A stretch of DNA of 64,000 bases from Phoronis australis (GCA_002633005.1 NMRA01000793.1:1-64000), one strand, 5' to 3'; positions 11,824-26,800 are shown, counted from the stretch's first letter. The notes: generated from the sequence alone by a model not told the origin. Numbers and translations: made by a program.

Positions 11824-14800
11824 CACCCACGCTCACAAACACACTCATGTATATGGATGATGTGGAGACTGTAAAGTTAAAAATCTTCCAGGTAGAAGGG
11901 AAATCCATGCTGACTACGTAAATCGCTTAAGAGGAGCAATGGCGAATATCAACAAAGACGACAAACGCGAAGCAGGACACCAAATTGAGGACTTTATCGT
12001 CGACTGTTCATACAAACAATACGTCTGTCTTCTTAGGTAGCTATTGTAGATTTATTGCACCACGTTTTACCGATTCAGTGTCTCCCATCATATAGCTTAG
12101 GGCCCCACGAAAATTGATGACCTCGTCTTTCACGCAAGATACCAACGTTGTTAAACTAGATGCAACGAAAATGGTAATAACCAAGGGGAGGGTGGATGGC
12201 GATAACTTTGAAGACAGTGGTGGCGGGTTCGGAAATTGTGTCGACAGTAGGCTATCCCGGAGTTTTTGCACCCTGTTCTCGAGAATCAGACCGTCGGGCG
12301 ACCAGCAAGCCATGCTGGTAACAAGCTTTGCGAGAATAGCTATGCTCGTCAGAGGAATGCAAATAAAGTGATTAATTTAATATCAAATATTTCAATTGAC
12401 AATTACTGAGGAATATAATATTTATCAAGTGCAGTTATGTGTGTACCTGAACATGATATTTATAGTTACTGTATAGAAATACATCGTATTAGTAGTGTTC
12501 AACTGCACTGTGGCACTTACTAAACAACCTTAAGTCCTTGGCGCTCCCTTTATGAGGAAAGGTGGCGAGAATGGTTGGAATGAAGGGACAGGCGAGTTGC
12601 CACTGTGATCTCGCGTAGCATTCCAAGCAGTAGACAAAGCAAGCCTGTCACCTCCGTGACTTCTTCGAACCAGTACTTGTCCCCACTCTTAAATTTCAAC
12701 ACTGCCATCATCGAACTCTATGCACCAACGACAAAAGCTTTTCCCCAACGGAAACGATTACACTAGCACCGGAAGCACGCCGAGAAATGTGTTTCTATGG
12801 TACGCGGATGTTTCTTTTTAGAACGTTTGTAATGCACTCGTAATACAAGTGAAATGCCCTCATTCATACGAGTGCAGACATTTGTTCCTTCGCTGCCAGG
12901 TGGATTCGAGCACAAGTCTTACGAGTTCATGCACGTGTTTTGGGGTGCTGCAACAGTAGTTTGTACAGCTCTTGTGAATTCGAAGTGTGACCGCTCAGTT
13001 TTGGTGAATGAGAACACTTATGTTGCACTCTTTTATACAGGGCACAGTAATGGCAGATTTCTTCACACTCGCTCAAGCAAGTGTATTTTTACTCGTTCTC
13101 GGCTGGCGGCGAAGGAACGAAGCTACAATGTGTGCACTCATCAGAGCGATCAGGGGGATCCAGGATTTTGAGTTATGGGGGGCCAGAGGAGAGTATAGTT
13201 CTAATTCACGGGGCGGCCAATAAAATCCAAAGCGAGGCTCAATGCGATAAACAAAGCGGAAGTTGACATTGTGTGAGTTAAATGACTGGTCTTTCGAGTC
13301 CATTGACTGTAATATTAAATCTTGAAAATGTGTCAACAACTAACCACAAAAACGTAGAAAATTACATTTGTAAAACAATTCAATGCACCAAAGAGTTGTC
13401 TGACGAAAGGGTTTAAGTTAGTTTTTCTGAAAAGTACGTTCCAAACATGACAGTAAATATGACCAAATTGCGGCGATCGTGTTATGGATTACGTAGGCTA
13501 TACATGTATTCTGAATGCGGGGTTACGTTTTTTCTTGTAAATTGTTGATAAAAATGCTTTCTACACAAACCGGGTCATCTGCTCGTATTTTTGACGAGAT
13601 GAAGATCAATTTGACAGTGAAGGCTCATCGCATTTTATTGTCATGTGCCAGTCACATTTGGTTGAGTTTATTGATCAAGAATATTAACAGCAAGCATAGC
13701 CTAGGTTCTGGTAGTGAGGTAGGGTCTACCGAGACTAACAGTTGGTTTGTCATTGATCTGCAAGAATGAGTGATGTTATTAAAACTGTTTTTATTAAAAT
13801 AAGTACCAGGCAGGTAATTGAAGCTGAAAATTATTTGACCATCAATTTTGCTTTCTTAGTTTTAATAATTCTTAGTGTATTTCATGTGTTAGGTTTCAAA
13901 TATTAATCGGGGCCAGTTTGAATTTTAAAATTAAACGTTCATCCAAAGCATTACATGAAAAAAATACTCATCTCGTTTTCGAGCTTAATTTCAATTAACT
14001 GGACAGAGCATGCAAAGTTGTGAATCATGTTTCTTCAGGGGCCTCATTCATCCGAGGGGAAAGGTACCTGTGCCTTCTGAGAGGGAATTTTTTCGCCGAG
14101 TGAGGGGGAAATTCTACTTCTCGATCATCATGCACCCCCGTCGTGTTGCAATCTCTCATAGGCTCCGACTCAAGTAGTATTTTGTGCTCTTTCAAATTTT
14201 TACCTGTGTTGTTAAAAGTAATTTGAATTTCGAGGGGATATTTTCAATCGCTTTAGGAGACTTTTTAGGCCTCTTGCGGGAATTTCGCGTGAGAGGGGAA
14301 TGAGCCCTATACCAGGTTCCAAAATCGAGAAATTGAGGGCCCTCTCCTGTATTGGAACGAAATGCTTCTTGTTGTAACCCGTAGTCATGAAAACATAGCC
14401 TGGCTGGCCGAAGATTCTCCGGTCGTTGCTATGATTCTCGGCAACCGAAATGCAACAAAATGTGATCAAACATTCATCAAATTTACCCAGAAATATTCTC
14501 CTTCGTCGTGGCGTATGGACACGACCCTACGCCTTCGTATTTCAACGTCCTTACTAGGAATTGTAAAAAGACAGTTGAATGTCCTTTTTTCTATCCTTAT
14601 CGCCATTCGAGCAACGCGGAATACAACTATACCGATTTACCATTTAGCGGAGCTATCGTGGTGAGCCTCGCGCTTCTTGTCTGAGTGAATCAGGCGTATT
14701 AATCAGGATTTTGAAAATCAGACATTTGCACCCCCGAACTGCCAAATGGATTTTAGAGGGGTTCATGGCCCCCTTGCCCCCTTAAATCCGCCACTGGTGT

Positions 14801-17800
14801 GTGTAATCCACGTGTTTAGTGCACTCGTATGACGCGTGCATTACACACGTTCTCAAAAGAACACGTTCGGAGCTTAGAAAGTTGCTTGGGAATTGTCGCG
14901 AGTTCCTTCTTGTATAGGGCAAGAAATGGTTCAAGGAAGCCATCGTCATTAAGACATTGAATCCACCACTCAATAGACACGGTAGTGATAAATTTGCACT
15001 GTCTGCTTCTGGGAACGCCGCACTCCCGAGGGCTTAAGGATTTTTAGTAACAGCATTTGTCCACTTGAACGATTTAATTTCTCTTTGATCATAGAAATAC
15101 ATGTGCTGGCACCTTTTTAGGGACGACTTTGTATCGTTCTTCGACCCCACGTATGGCAATTGCTTCACGTACAACAGCGGCGCTCGCTACGTCCAGAAAA
15201 CAGAAATCGTTGATGTACATGGAACCGGTCCCGATCACGGTAACTGTAAACAATTCCCTTTTAGCTTTGAGTGGTCGACAATACAAAACAAAATATGCGT
15301 AACTGCGAACGTTTCCCCCGTGATTGAGTGGGAGCAGGTAGGCAATGACTGATGATAATACATGCACTTCTGGTGCGATGATAAAAGTGCAGTCATGTAG
15401 TAATAGACTATAAAGTAAGTTGTTTTCGTGACATGTTTGGGAGGGGGGTCTCGGTCAAGGGTCATTTACTAAAGGTTAAAGGTCAAAGGACTCGTGTAAT
15501 GGATGGGACTGAAAGTGACGTCATTCGCAAACGGGGAAAAGTGACAGTGACATCACAGTTTAATAGGCCCTAGAAGTGACGTCTTCGGGTCGCTTTGGAG
15601 AGGGATAGCGATCCAAGGTCAAGGTCATGCGTGTAACCGGAAATTGTCGGTGAACCAGAGAGAAGTGAAAACGAGGTGAGGTCCTAGTCGAATCAGACGC
15701 AACGTGACTACTGACATCATCAGGTAGGTCAACGCGTGTCACTATCTACTACCTGGATGTTCTGTCACTCAAAGGACGTTAAAAACGTCCAAATGAGGTT
15801 GTACAGTTCAACTGATTGAGAGTGGGAACAAAATATAGATTCCATAATGTTGCGAACTGAATAAGAAGAAAAGGTTGATTACCTTCATGTGTGCGCCACG
15901 TGTCGTTGTGGTCGTTGTACAAGTTATCCCCCGTTGTTCTCTCTCTCTCTCATTTCTTAACAACAGACAGATATCACGTGTGTCTAGTCCGTGAATGGGA
16001 CTAGAAAAATTGTATTTTGCAGGCCAGATTTTCTTCCGTGACTGTCTGTGGAAACCACAGATGCTTTTCCTTGTCGAAAGCTTCTCACATGCAGGGTTTA
16101 ATCACCTCCTCGAGGTAGTTACCGGATATGGCCATGCACGCCGAGTTTGTGTCAATCTCGTATTGACTCGCAATATTCGAAATCGGGCCTGTCGACAAAC
16201 TTTAACATGAAGTCGTAGTAAAACTCTAACATGCGTTTCTTTGCGTACTGGTAGACAAAATCCTATTTGGAGTGGGAAGTTCAGGAGGATAGTTTTTAAT
16301 CTCCAATTCGTAGGTTCCGTCTCCGATGTAGTTGACATGTCTAAATTTCGGGAACTGGACCTCCCGTTGAGCCTTAGTCCCTCCTCAGTACTTGAGATCA
16401 CGATGCCTTTGTTGATTCGTTACCGTCTTACCATACAAAGGTTGCCTATAAGCTTCATTGTCTGCGCTACAATGGCCTTGTTTCAGTCTTTGTCCCCTTC
16501 CCACCTAGCATCGCCGAATTCCTCACCAAAACTTTCGAAACATTTTTCGGAAGCGAATTCGACAACGATGTTTGTTATTTTTAGGCTGTGATCCAAGTAC
16601 CATTTCAGAAGCGGGGTTGCCAATAGAAGAAACTTTGCACCAGAGATCGTCGTGGTCGACTCATGGTTTTGTTTTTCTCTGTAAACTCCTGCATAATGTC
16701 TCCAATGTCGTCTGGACTGATGTATACACACCTGAATGTAGGTTGCACATTTCTGAAAAGTGCACCCGCAGATGCCATGGAATTTTGACGTCATATTTCA
16801 CACTCCCGAACAGAGTACCTTTTGGAAAGAATGTCTTTATTTGTTTGCTCATCAAGCTATAGAAACGTTCCGTGAGTAATTCTCGTCTTCTGATAAAAGA
16901 ACGTAGGACATCGTCTTGCCGTTTCAAATCCTCAAATTCGCACTCCCAGATCTCTTCGTTATCGTGATGATGTAGTCTCTAATCTTTCTGGTGTTTTCCA
17001 AGAGCTCACTTACATATGTATGGCAATGTTTCGAGTTTCTTTCCTCGTCGTCGGTGCGCCGCTTGGTTTCGTTGTTAGAGTACAGTCATGACCGTGCCAG
17101 TAACATCCATAAAATTGGAACACTTTGTGTGACCGACGACAGAAACCCTCCACTTTAATACGACGCTCACCCACTCTCCTTTCAATCCCATTGAACTGGT
17201 GACGCATACTGATTCCGCGTAGGAAATTGTTTCCCTGGCCGCGACGATTAAATGATCCGGTCGGTTGCTTGTTCATGATGCTGCGAAGGTAAAGAGCATT
17301 TACATAGAAAACCCATAATCTTTTACACCATCTTTGGTCTTTTTCCTACTTATTCTATCCCCTATGGCGTATAAATGCCTTTCCGTTTTCGTGGTACCAG
17401 TGGAAAACAACACTGGGACCTCCGACGACACTACTTTTGAACGTATAGTAAAAGTCATAGTGCTTTCCCTCAAACAGCGTAAAGAATACGTTACCGATAT
17501 TTTTGGAGAGAATCTTCGTTGTCAGTCCGGGCACGCTGATGCCATCAAACCCCTTCTCCCTGTAAAACACTGCCATGGTATTGACGGCTTCCAGCATAGG
17601 TCCAGTGTCTTTATCATTGTACCATACCAAATAATCCTTCAGACTCGTTATGTTGTTGTCTTTCCATGTCTTAAGACCGGGCTTCATCTTCTCCCCTGCA
17701 GACAGCCGCTTCAGGTGGTAGATCCGTTTCCTCTAGTTTAGCCAGGTTATCCACGTACTCGTAGGGGAAACAACCTTTCTCTTCAGCCGTCTCGTACGCC

Positions 17801-20800
17801 TTAACAACTTCCAAACAGACGACGCGTTCAGTTGCTAAGAGACAATGAATTCGATACGCGATTGACAGTGTAGTAATTTAGATCTGATTATGGTATAATA
17901 CATTAAGTGTTAAACTCGTTTTCGATGTTTCTTACCCCATAGCAACTGTCCAAGAACAGTGCCTCCGCATGCTGGCGTTGCAGTCGTTCCGCCTCCGCTG
18001 TTGCTACTTCACCATTTTCTCCGTGACCGATGCACTCTATAATTCTGACCCTTTAAGTATCCCCAGTCTCTTGGACCCCTTCACCGCACCAGTACTTCCT
18101 ACTGTAGGAAAGGCACTCAACGTCTGTGTTACTGACACGGAGCAGCTCCTTGATGCAGTGGAGATGCACCCATGCCCCATAACAGGCGGAGGCTTTTCGA
18201 AGAACTTGGAAAAAATTTTTTTCAAGACCTAGCTGATGACAGCACAAGAGTGTATGCGCTCAAGACTATTGCTCCTAGATTTTACTCCAGCCCCAAAGAA
18301 CTGGTCAAGAGTGCCCACGCCATTCTTAGAGAACAGTGAAGGGAAGACAACGACCTAAGAATTAGACTGGGCAACAACCATGTGACTAACAAGATTCATA
18401 TGCGCGTCAAGAAAGGGGCTGAAATTACGTTCAGTCCGAAATTCGAAGAAATGTTGAAAATCGATCAGGAGAGCTATACCGACAACCCGGGTACTTATTG
18501 CGTCAAAAAGGCCAATGTTCCATGCTCCCTATGTCTAATGTGATCTTGTGAAATCGCCTCTGATCAAAAAAGGGCCGATGCTATTGGGAAGATCGCTTTA
18601 CGGACTGGAGCAGACTTTGCAGATGATTTACAGAAAGGAACGGTAGCCAGAACAGCAGCCTCCAATAGGGCGATTTAAGCAGCCAACACGTTTTTAAACA
18701 GATTGTCTTCTTACATCGCGCCACTCCCACGGGAGAAGATACTTATAAAACATAAAGTAACAACCAAAAGAGTTATTTCTAAAAGACCGAACTATAAGAA
18801 AATAGCAACATCGCAGTGCAGAGGTATTTTTTTAGAACAGCTCTTGTACACGACAAGTCCTGTGAGTGTGTTAAAAGCGAGCTCGATTTGTTTGCCGTGT
18901 CTTCTACTCAGACAAGCATTGAACACGGTCAATGGGGGAAACACAAGACTCACCCCAGAGTTACATGTAAGGACGACGGACTGCTGCAATTTTTGTCTCT
19001 GGTTCCGGTGACGAATACGTGAACGTGGCAAACACGGAATTTTATGCCAGAGCAAAAATAACCTACGCAGATAGATAGGATATCACTGAAAATGTCGATT
19101 GTGTCCCAACCAACCTGTGGCTACATTCGATGTTCAGTCAAGTAGACATCTTGAACGAAAAGCTGATTTCTCCTTCAACCAAGACTTGCAGCTGCAGAGC
19201 CTACTTAAAAACACTGTTGTCTTACGGAAGCGAGGTCAAGAACGGATATTTGACTGCAGCACTCTGCTATAAGAATACTATCGGGAAATTTTATTCCCTA
19301 AGCGATGTCAAGTTAGGATATAAATTTCAGGATGATAGTACGAACCGAACTGGAAATATATATACTAAAGAAAGTGGAAATTGAACTCGCAAAAGGGCTT
19401 GTTCGTTTGTCTGTGAACTGTGATTTAGCGTTCCTATATGTTACACCTGTACTTCACATGATAAAAGAATGTACCAAATGGAGTTCATTGATTGTTTCAA
19501 CGAGAATCTCGCCATCACTAATATTATTTATTCCAGTTTGAAGTATACAATTTTCAGTTGACCTAATTATCGGTGTGTTCTATCTGTGTTATGGGTGTTC
19601 AATCACGTAGAAAAATGAATACCGTCTTTGTCAGAAACACAGTGCATGTATGTCTTTCATTCATCCGTGTTCTTAACCAGTTCCAGCTATACCAGAACTG
19701 ATATCTTTTTGTCGGGTGCTCCAAAACTAATGCCACATAGACTTATATATAGGTAAATATGATTTCTACAAAATCTGTTTTGTATTTAGGCCTGGTGATG
19801 ACCCTGAATGTGGAACAAAACGAGTACATGTCCTTGACAGAAAGTGCAGGCGTTCGCATGGTTATACATAACGATACTGTGATGCCCTTTCCTGCTGACG
19901 AAGGGATAAATCTGGAGCCGGGGAAGCTTCATATGATTGGCATGAGACAGGTAAGTGCTGCAGTAAACGTTATAAAATACGTGATGCGAACACACAGCCG
20001 GTTGAAGGGGTTGTTACCATAGACGTACAAATTACTAGTACCATATAGGCCCTGTTCCATGTTGCGTAGTGTTCATTCAGAAGGTTGCAAAACAATCGCC
20101 GAATTTTTCGGAAGTTTCAGCACATTTTGGTGTAGCTGACAACAGACTCAAGGTCTAATTAACTGATTTTTACATAGCCTGCAAGATGTTCACTATGCTG
20201 TCGTCGACAAGGTCCGATATTGTCGTCGAAAGTGCCCACGATGAAAAATTTGCTAATTTGCTGAGAGAACATGTATCCTGGCTGTTTCATTGCAACATTT
20301 GTTAATTAATTGTTTCTTTTGCTTTGTTCGCTATGCGTAGGTTCAAATCTCTCGGATAGGCGTACCGCACGGTAAATGTGAAGACCCGTCCATTTCCAAC
20401 AAAACTCGCAATCTGTACGAAGAAGATCACGGGGTGCATTACTCGCAGCAGGTAAGATGATGCGAGGATCTGCGAATCTGTCTTCCACAAAAGAAACTAT
20501 CGTTTGAAATACAGCAGATAACGCTTTAACCATTTGTAATACTTCGGTATATTTGTAAGCCATTTTCCCCACTTCTGACATTTGGGACACTTTGGGTAAG
20601 CCAACAAGTCATCAGATGCGAGTGTATTGGCAGAATCTTACGTAAGATCTAAGCAGAAATCTTTGATGCGTTGGTTCCGTTATTACAACATCTCACCCAC
20701 AACTGGAACTCCTGCCCATTTTATTCAACTGTCATGTTGTCCTATCTCGACCGCCTTTGTATACCTGCAATCGTGTTCCGAGATCCTCACCCTCTGTACT

Positions 20801-23800
20801 GTGTTGTATCTTCGTTTTTTGTTGGAGGTAACAATCTTGGCTGTGCTGTTCGAAGAATGTCCCAATCCCAATTTTCCGCTGCACATCATTCCACCTGTCG
20901 ATGACGTATCCTGTTCGCAGCTTATTCAACCGTAGATGTAGCTCTCCAGCTTCTTCCACTTGGCACTCCAATGTTGCTGTTATTAGTAACGGTTCCTTAC
21001 TACCACGTAAGGTCACCACAGCTCTAACCTTGAACGTCTTTCACTTTTCAGCAATTGACGAAACTAGTAACGTTACTTTAGTTGGCGAGCTATACAATCC
21101 CGCGTTATTGAAACTCCATCTGATTTTTAAAGCAAAAAGTGTCCGCGATAATCTTGGCACCAGACTGTGCAGGTAACACCACAATTTTGGCTTGTTAGAT
21201 TTTACATTTATGCTGACCTTTTACAACAAAGCTGATATTTAACACCTCTAACGTTGCTGATATCCTTCAATATTTCATCACAGACCTTTCCCAACCTTAA
21301 ACATTTTACAGATTTCTCTGAAGTTGGTGGAATTCTTACTCCCGAGTGCGCGAATGCTGTGCTTTGCTGTATAACTCCTTCCTGAGTCGCCAAACTTCTC
21401 GAATTGTCTGGTTTGAAGTTCATCCTTGCCCACTCAGCTTATCTTCCTAAAGTTGTGACGAAGGATTCAGTCATGATAGTAATGTCGTCCACAAATACCC
21501 AGTTACGCGTCTGTTAACTATATCCAAGCATTGCACCTTTCGCTCAGTTATAGTTATTTATAATAGCATATGAAGAGAATGATGGCACTCTAAGAACTTT
21601 TTTTCTATCTTCTGCCACTCTTTAATGAAATTGCCAATGATGCATGTCGTACCGATGCAACTGAAGTAGTATTCAATCATTGCCCTGAGCCCGTCATAAA
21701 TTGCATCCCCGGGACAGGTCTTTACACATTGGTTATTTCTAGCGAAAATTACTAAGAGGTTCTTATTAAACGTGTTGGCTTGATATATCAGCTCTGCGAT
21801 GACAGCCTTGTGGTCTATATATCCACAGTGGCCAGGCAATCCGTCTTTCTTTATGTACGTGGTTGCCATTTTGATAGGACTGACATGAAGATATTAGATT
21901 ATTTCATGCACTTCATACTATCACTACAAGCCTTGCCTAAAAATTGTGATTTGAACTCCTACAGGTTGCCAATAAAAGCCTTTCATTTGCACAACTTCTC
22001 CCTATGCACTTCTTAATGTGGTAAGCTCCTCCCTTGCGTCATCCCTTCATTTCCTCAGCCCTTCTTCTCAGGTTCACTTGCTGACTTCAACTGGTGCTTC
22101 AACTATTCGATTTCTTTTTAGGGCCGCTATTCTCCGTTAACATTTAGCCGGTCCGCTGCACTGATCCCTAATGACTTGCTTGCTTCTCATTGCAATTCCT
22201 TCTTCACAGATACCATAAACGATTGTCTTCGTTGTTTTGAGCTTATAATATTCTTTGTCCCTCTAATAAGTGCCAGGTCTAGGTCAATCTGTCGGTCGTC
22301 GTCAAGCTTACTCTACATACCCTATCAGCTGCNCTGAGCGTTCTGTTTCAAATTGCCTTCTCACCCAAACGAACTGAAACAAAGTCTGTCTCGTTAGATG
22401 CAATTTGTAATGCCTTTGGAGTGTTTGTGAGTGCAAATGATTTGACAAGCCAGCAATGAATAAATCTATGCGTTACCGGCTTTAGGTGCAATAAAACTAA
22501 TTGACAGGACACCGAGGCCGTGTGAGCTCATGCTAATTTAGTGTTTGCTGACAGAAACTGTTGTGAAACAACTCGATTTCCATCCCACGGCTAGGTGACA
22601 GGGGAATCTTTATTTGCGTTTTCATTACTCAAATAATGATTGTCAATGTACAACTTCTGCCCAGACGGTGCTGTGGCCAAAGCGGAACCCGAGTGAATTC
22701 GCGGCCCCCGACGAGTAAGTAGATTTGCAGTTTCGTGGCTAATTCACCAACATAATCACGTGCACATTACTTTGGCTCACTAGTATAGTATTTTCTTGAG
22801 TCGAAGTTTAGTTTCCACTGATTTTTGGCTGGTTAATGTTCGTAATGTCTGATTAGTTTCCGAGCCACTGGCCGGGATAACTATGAAGGCAATCCGGCCG
22901 TCCGCGACGGGCTTGATCGGGCTCCGAGCCACTAGCCAAGATAACAAGCGTTTTGTGTTTAGAACTCAAAAAATCATTAGTCTAAACAACACAGATCTAG
23001 GTTCTCCTGTCTTTATCTCACGGGAAATACTTCGAAATTATCTCCGAACAGACCCCAAACTCCTGGTACGGACCTTATTGGCCTGCCGAACTTTGTAGGC
23101 TACGGTGTGTCCAAATACCAATAAATCCGTAAGAGCGAAATAAAACAACACGTTTTTATAAGAACTCGGTGTGTTTTTATGGATTTTACATCGAAGTTTG
23201 ATGATTTATTGCTGTTAAACGATGACTTCCAGCGATAAGCTGACACCAGTAACTCCTGTTGTGAACTGCTGAACAGACTGCTTGTGAAACTGATGTCGTC
23301 ATTGGATAATTTCAACACCTCCGTCTGCCGTCAGGTGTCAGGTAACGCAACCGTACGGTTCGTTATGGAGTAGAACTACTCGAACTAAATTGATACAAAT
23401 TAGGTTGTTTTTTGGGTGACATGCTCCTTTAAGACATTTGTTGTAAGCACGTCACATTGAGAATACGTTAAATGGTATAAAGAGACCTATTGGTGGAACA
23501 AACAAACACATAAATAATTAATTTGCACAAAGTTGTGCTTCTCTAATATAAATGTTTTCAGCAGCGGAAAGATTAGAGTTTTACCTCAGGGGCTTGTAAG
23601 GTATATTCTATTCTCTTTCCGGACAAGAAGTGTACATGTACCTACAGATTCACTCGTGTTAGAAGATGTTTCTTTCCAAAACAACCGAGCCACTTCTTTA
23701 GAACAGGTCTCATAAAAGCCATTGTCAAAACACCAGTAATTACGAATATATTATGCAAAAAGCATCACTGAATAAGGTTATCTTGCGAAAACAAGAAAAC

Positions 23801-26800
23801 TTTTAGTTATTTAATAAGATTAAATATCAACGTTTAGAATTAACGAGTTGTGTTTTGACCAATTTTATCTATTTTAACCACCCCACAAAATTGCGGAATA
23901 GTTTCTCTAACTTTTTCTCATGTTGTGGGGATGGTAACGCATTATAGGTGAACAAATTTAGAGAGAAAAATTAATTTAGTTACTGTAATTTTGCACATCG
24001 GAATTAAAGCTCTTCTAGACCCTGAACTAATTCTTAACTTTCTCTGGTTCTGTCTTCAAAATTTAAGGTGATCATTTCAGGTAACCCAATACCAAGTGCG
24101 CAAGTAGTAAAATGTTTTTTCCTCCAAGTCATATTTCTCCTATATTTTATGACCCTTATTCAACTATGCTCCGTATCTTTATATTGCGTTTTACACAAGA
24201 AAACGTAGAAGAATTGGCGTAAAAGATTACGGGTTTCTCTCAAAGAAACATTGGAATCACCTAGAGTTAAGACTGTCGTTTGCACATTGCATAGCTTTAG
24301 GAGATATATTGCCATCACCAATACCAACCAATGTGTTACTGTGACGCACCATTATTGTCATGATCTCGGGATACGATATGAACAAATAAAACGAGATTGG
24401 ATCACCCTGCCGGCACCCTCCACCAATTTAAAAGAATTCGGAATTGATGATGAATAACAGAGGCAAGAGCGTCCACATGTATTTGAAAAAAACCCAGCCA
24501 GCATTAGGCAACTCGTACCCAAGTGGATGAGAATGCATGCATCTTGGCATCACACTTCGAAGTGAGCTCATCGCTATTCATGGTCTTCGCCTAATGTGTA
24601 TTGGGTGAGATTATTGCAATCGTAACCAAAGCGCCTGTTCAAAAATAAACAAACTGACTAATCGTCTTTGAATTTTTAAAATCGGTACATTATAAGAGAA
24701 ATTACAGCGCATACGTTTTCTTCAGCAGCTTGGCTGACCCACACGCATTAATTAGTTTTTATGAAAAGATGAGTTAATCATAGTCTGGCTTAGGCTCACT
24801 TATATTGTTGGGATGACAAATTGCAAATTTTTCACAGCAGTTAAAAATTAAGTGCGTTTTGCATGAAATTCCACGAAGCAGCCAAAGGCTACCCGAAGTC
24901 ACCTCGTACAATAAGACCGGGGATATTAGTTTCCTCTGTGTACTGCATCAAATCATAAATGCTTCCCGTGTTCTTACCTGTGTGTCTCCCTTAAAGTCCT
25001 TCTCTCACGCGTTGTTAACCCTTATTACATGGTTAGAAGATGTTATAAGGATCCAAGAAGTACCTACCCCATAACTAATACACGATCCGTACTCGAAAAA
25101 AGTTTAAATGAATGCGCCACTCACGATTCGCACCCCAAGAACCACCGCCATTTTGAACTTGCCGCGAACCCGGAAGTACAATTCATTCAGGAACCCAGGC
25201 CGAGAAAACGCCGTCAGTGTGAGTGCCTGTTACAGCCTGCAAACGGGGATAAAATAATCGACAGCGCGCCTTAATTTTAATAAAATCAAAATACGGACAA
25301 TTTTATCGAATTTGCTGAAGAAATGTGGCGAATAAATTTTGACAGAAATTATTTTGCCAGACTCGGGACCGCAGCCTATCGGACCCGGTGCCGATCGAGA
25401 CCAGACACTGGGGAACGGTAAACGCATGCGGTTGCAAGCTGTTTTGTCGAAGTAAAATGGTAAATCATAAATGCTGCATATATTCAAGGGTAGTTTCAGA
25501 CACTTGCATGAAATTACGGGCTGGTTAGTCTTGTGTCACACTGCCGCGGCAGACCTTGGTTAGCCACAGTGCCAGCTACCAGTGAAGACTATCGTCAAAA
25601 TACAGCTTGTTAGTAGGCGTATACAGCTTTGCGCCAAGGCTACCCTTAGGCCTAACTGGTCGCTGGCCACAGCGCTCGCTCAAACGAGGTTTATTTAGAA
25701 CTTGGGTACTTCTGGCGAACTGTGCAAAGTTATTGGCTTTCAATAGAGATTTTCCCAGACTTTGTATGAGCGCACCAAGCCTAAAAGAATGGGGGGGGGG
25801 GGCTAGAATTTTTGGGAATGTCTATCTTTTACTATAAGATTCAGTGGGTATGTTCAGAGCTATGAATTGCAGACGCTAAATTTTGGTACTTCCTGTCTTC
25901 TAGTGGAATTTTGTCTCTATTTTTTCGGAATTCGGTCTTCTCTGACTGAGGCAGACCTTTTTCCAGTTCTCCAAAAAGGGAGCTCGTTAGAGCACATAAG
26001 TATGAGAAGTCCAATACAAAATGTTATCATTTTTATTCATTAACCAAACTGAAATGATTCACGAAAATTGAACAAAGTTTCTTTTTTGCAGCAACGTTTG
26101 TCAAAATGTGTCAACGTTAAATCTTCACAAATTACAAAGTAGCCGATTGAACATGCCTTTCAGTTCAGCAAAAGTCGCCATGTTGTCGGTTCCGCCAGAA
26201 ATGAGACGAAGTCAAACGGGAATTGTGAGCACATTTATCACTTAATGAGTAACAACTGCGAGGCTGAAATTTGGTGAACACTGTTAAATCGTGCAGAATA
26301 GTAAGTAAAGTTATAGTCTAACTAAATTTCACCGTAATTTGTTGGCGAAAACAATTTACACACATGTTTGAACTCGTAACTTATCCTGCTGTCCTCCAAT
26401 ATGGCCGACGCGATCCAAACAAAGTGACCCAAATTTCGCCACAAAACTTGCAATAACTTTACACTGCTTGCCCCGATTTTGATACTTTTTCGATTTTTAC
26501 TGAGTAGAATGCACTACCTTTCCGATGATAGCAAAGTACTTTTTCAAAGCGAGAAAAAAAATAATAACACCGAAAAAAATTGGTTCGACTCATATTGGTT
26601 CCCAGGTTCGACCGGCCTACGTAAGGTACTAAACACGAATGCTATTTTAACATACTAAGTACGCCTTACATTCCAAAAATCAACGACCACTAACTACAAA
26701 CTATAAATGCAGTACATATGCAAACGAGTCACGAGATATTACTAATAAAACTAAATAATGAAGACTTTTCGAGCAAGCGATAGCACATTCAGTTACAAGG

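Larger units (their letters stand above)
15399..19350. mobile_element. heavily deleted Polinton/Maverick (adintovirus-like) endogenous element in intron 4 of paralog 1
   Basis: Terminal-repeat-like block, protein-primed PolB relic on the minus strand, and capsid relics on the plus strand, in about 4 kb; absent from the 505 nt intron 4 of paralog 2. Confidence 0.85.

Noticed and set aside
11412-11921. Several long ORFs with poly-X and HTHT/CVCV runs
   Set aside because: Artefacts of the (CA)n microsatellite and the N gap.
12097-14050. Possible DNA transposon with GGCCCC termini in intron 3 of paralog 1
   Set aside because: Termini match only loosely and no convincing transposase motif was found.
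17945-18247. Minus-strand ORF fragments inside the Polinton relic as integrase, ATPase or protease
   Set aside because: No diagnostic motif recognised with confidence; left unassigned.
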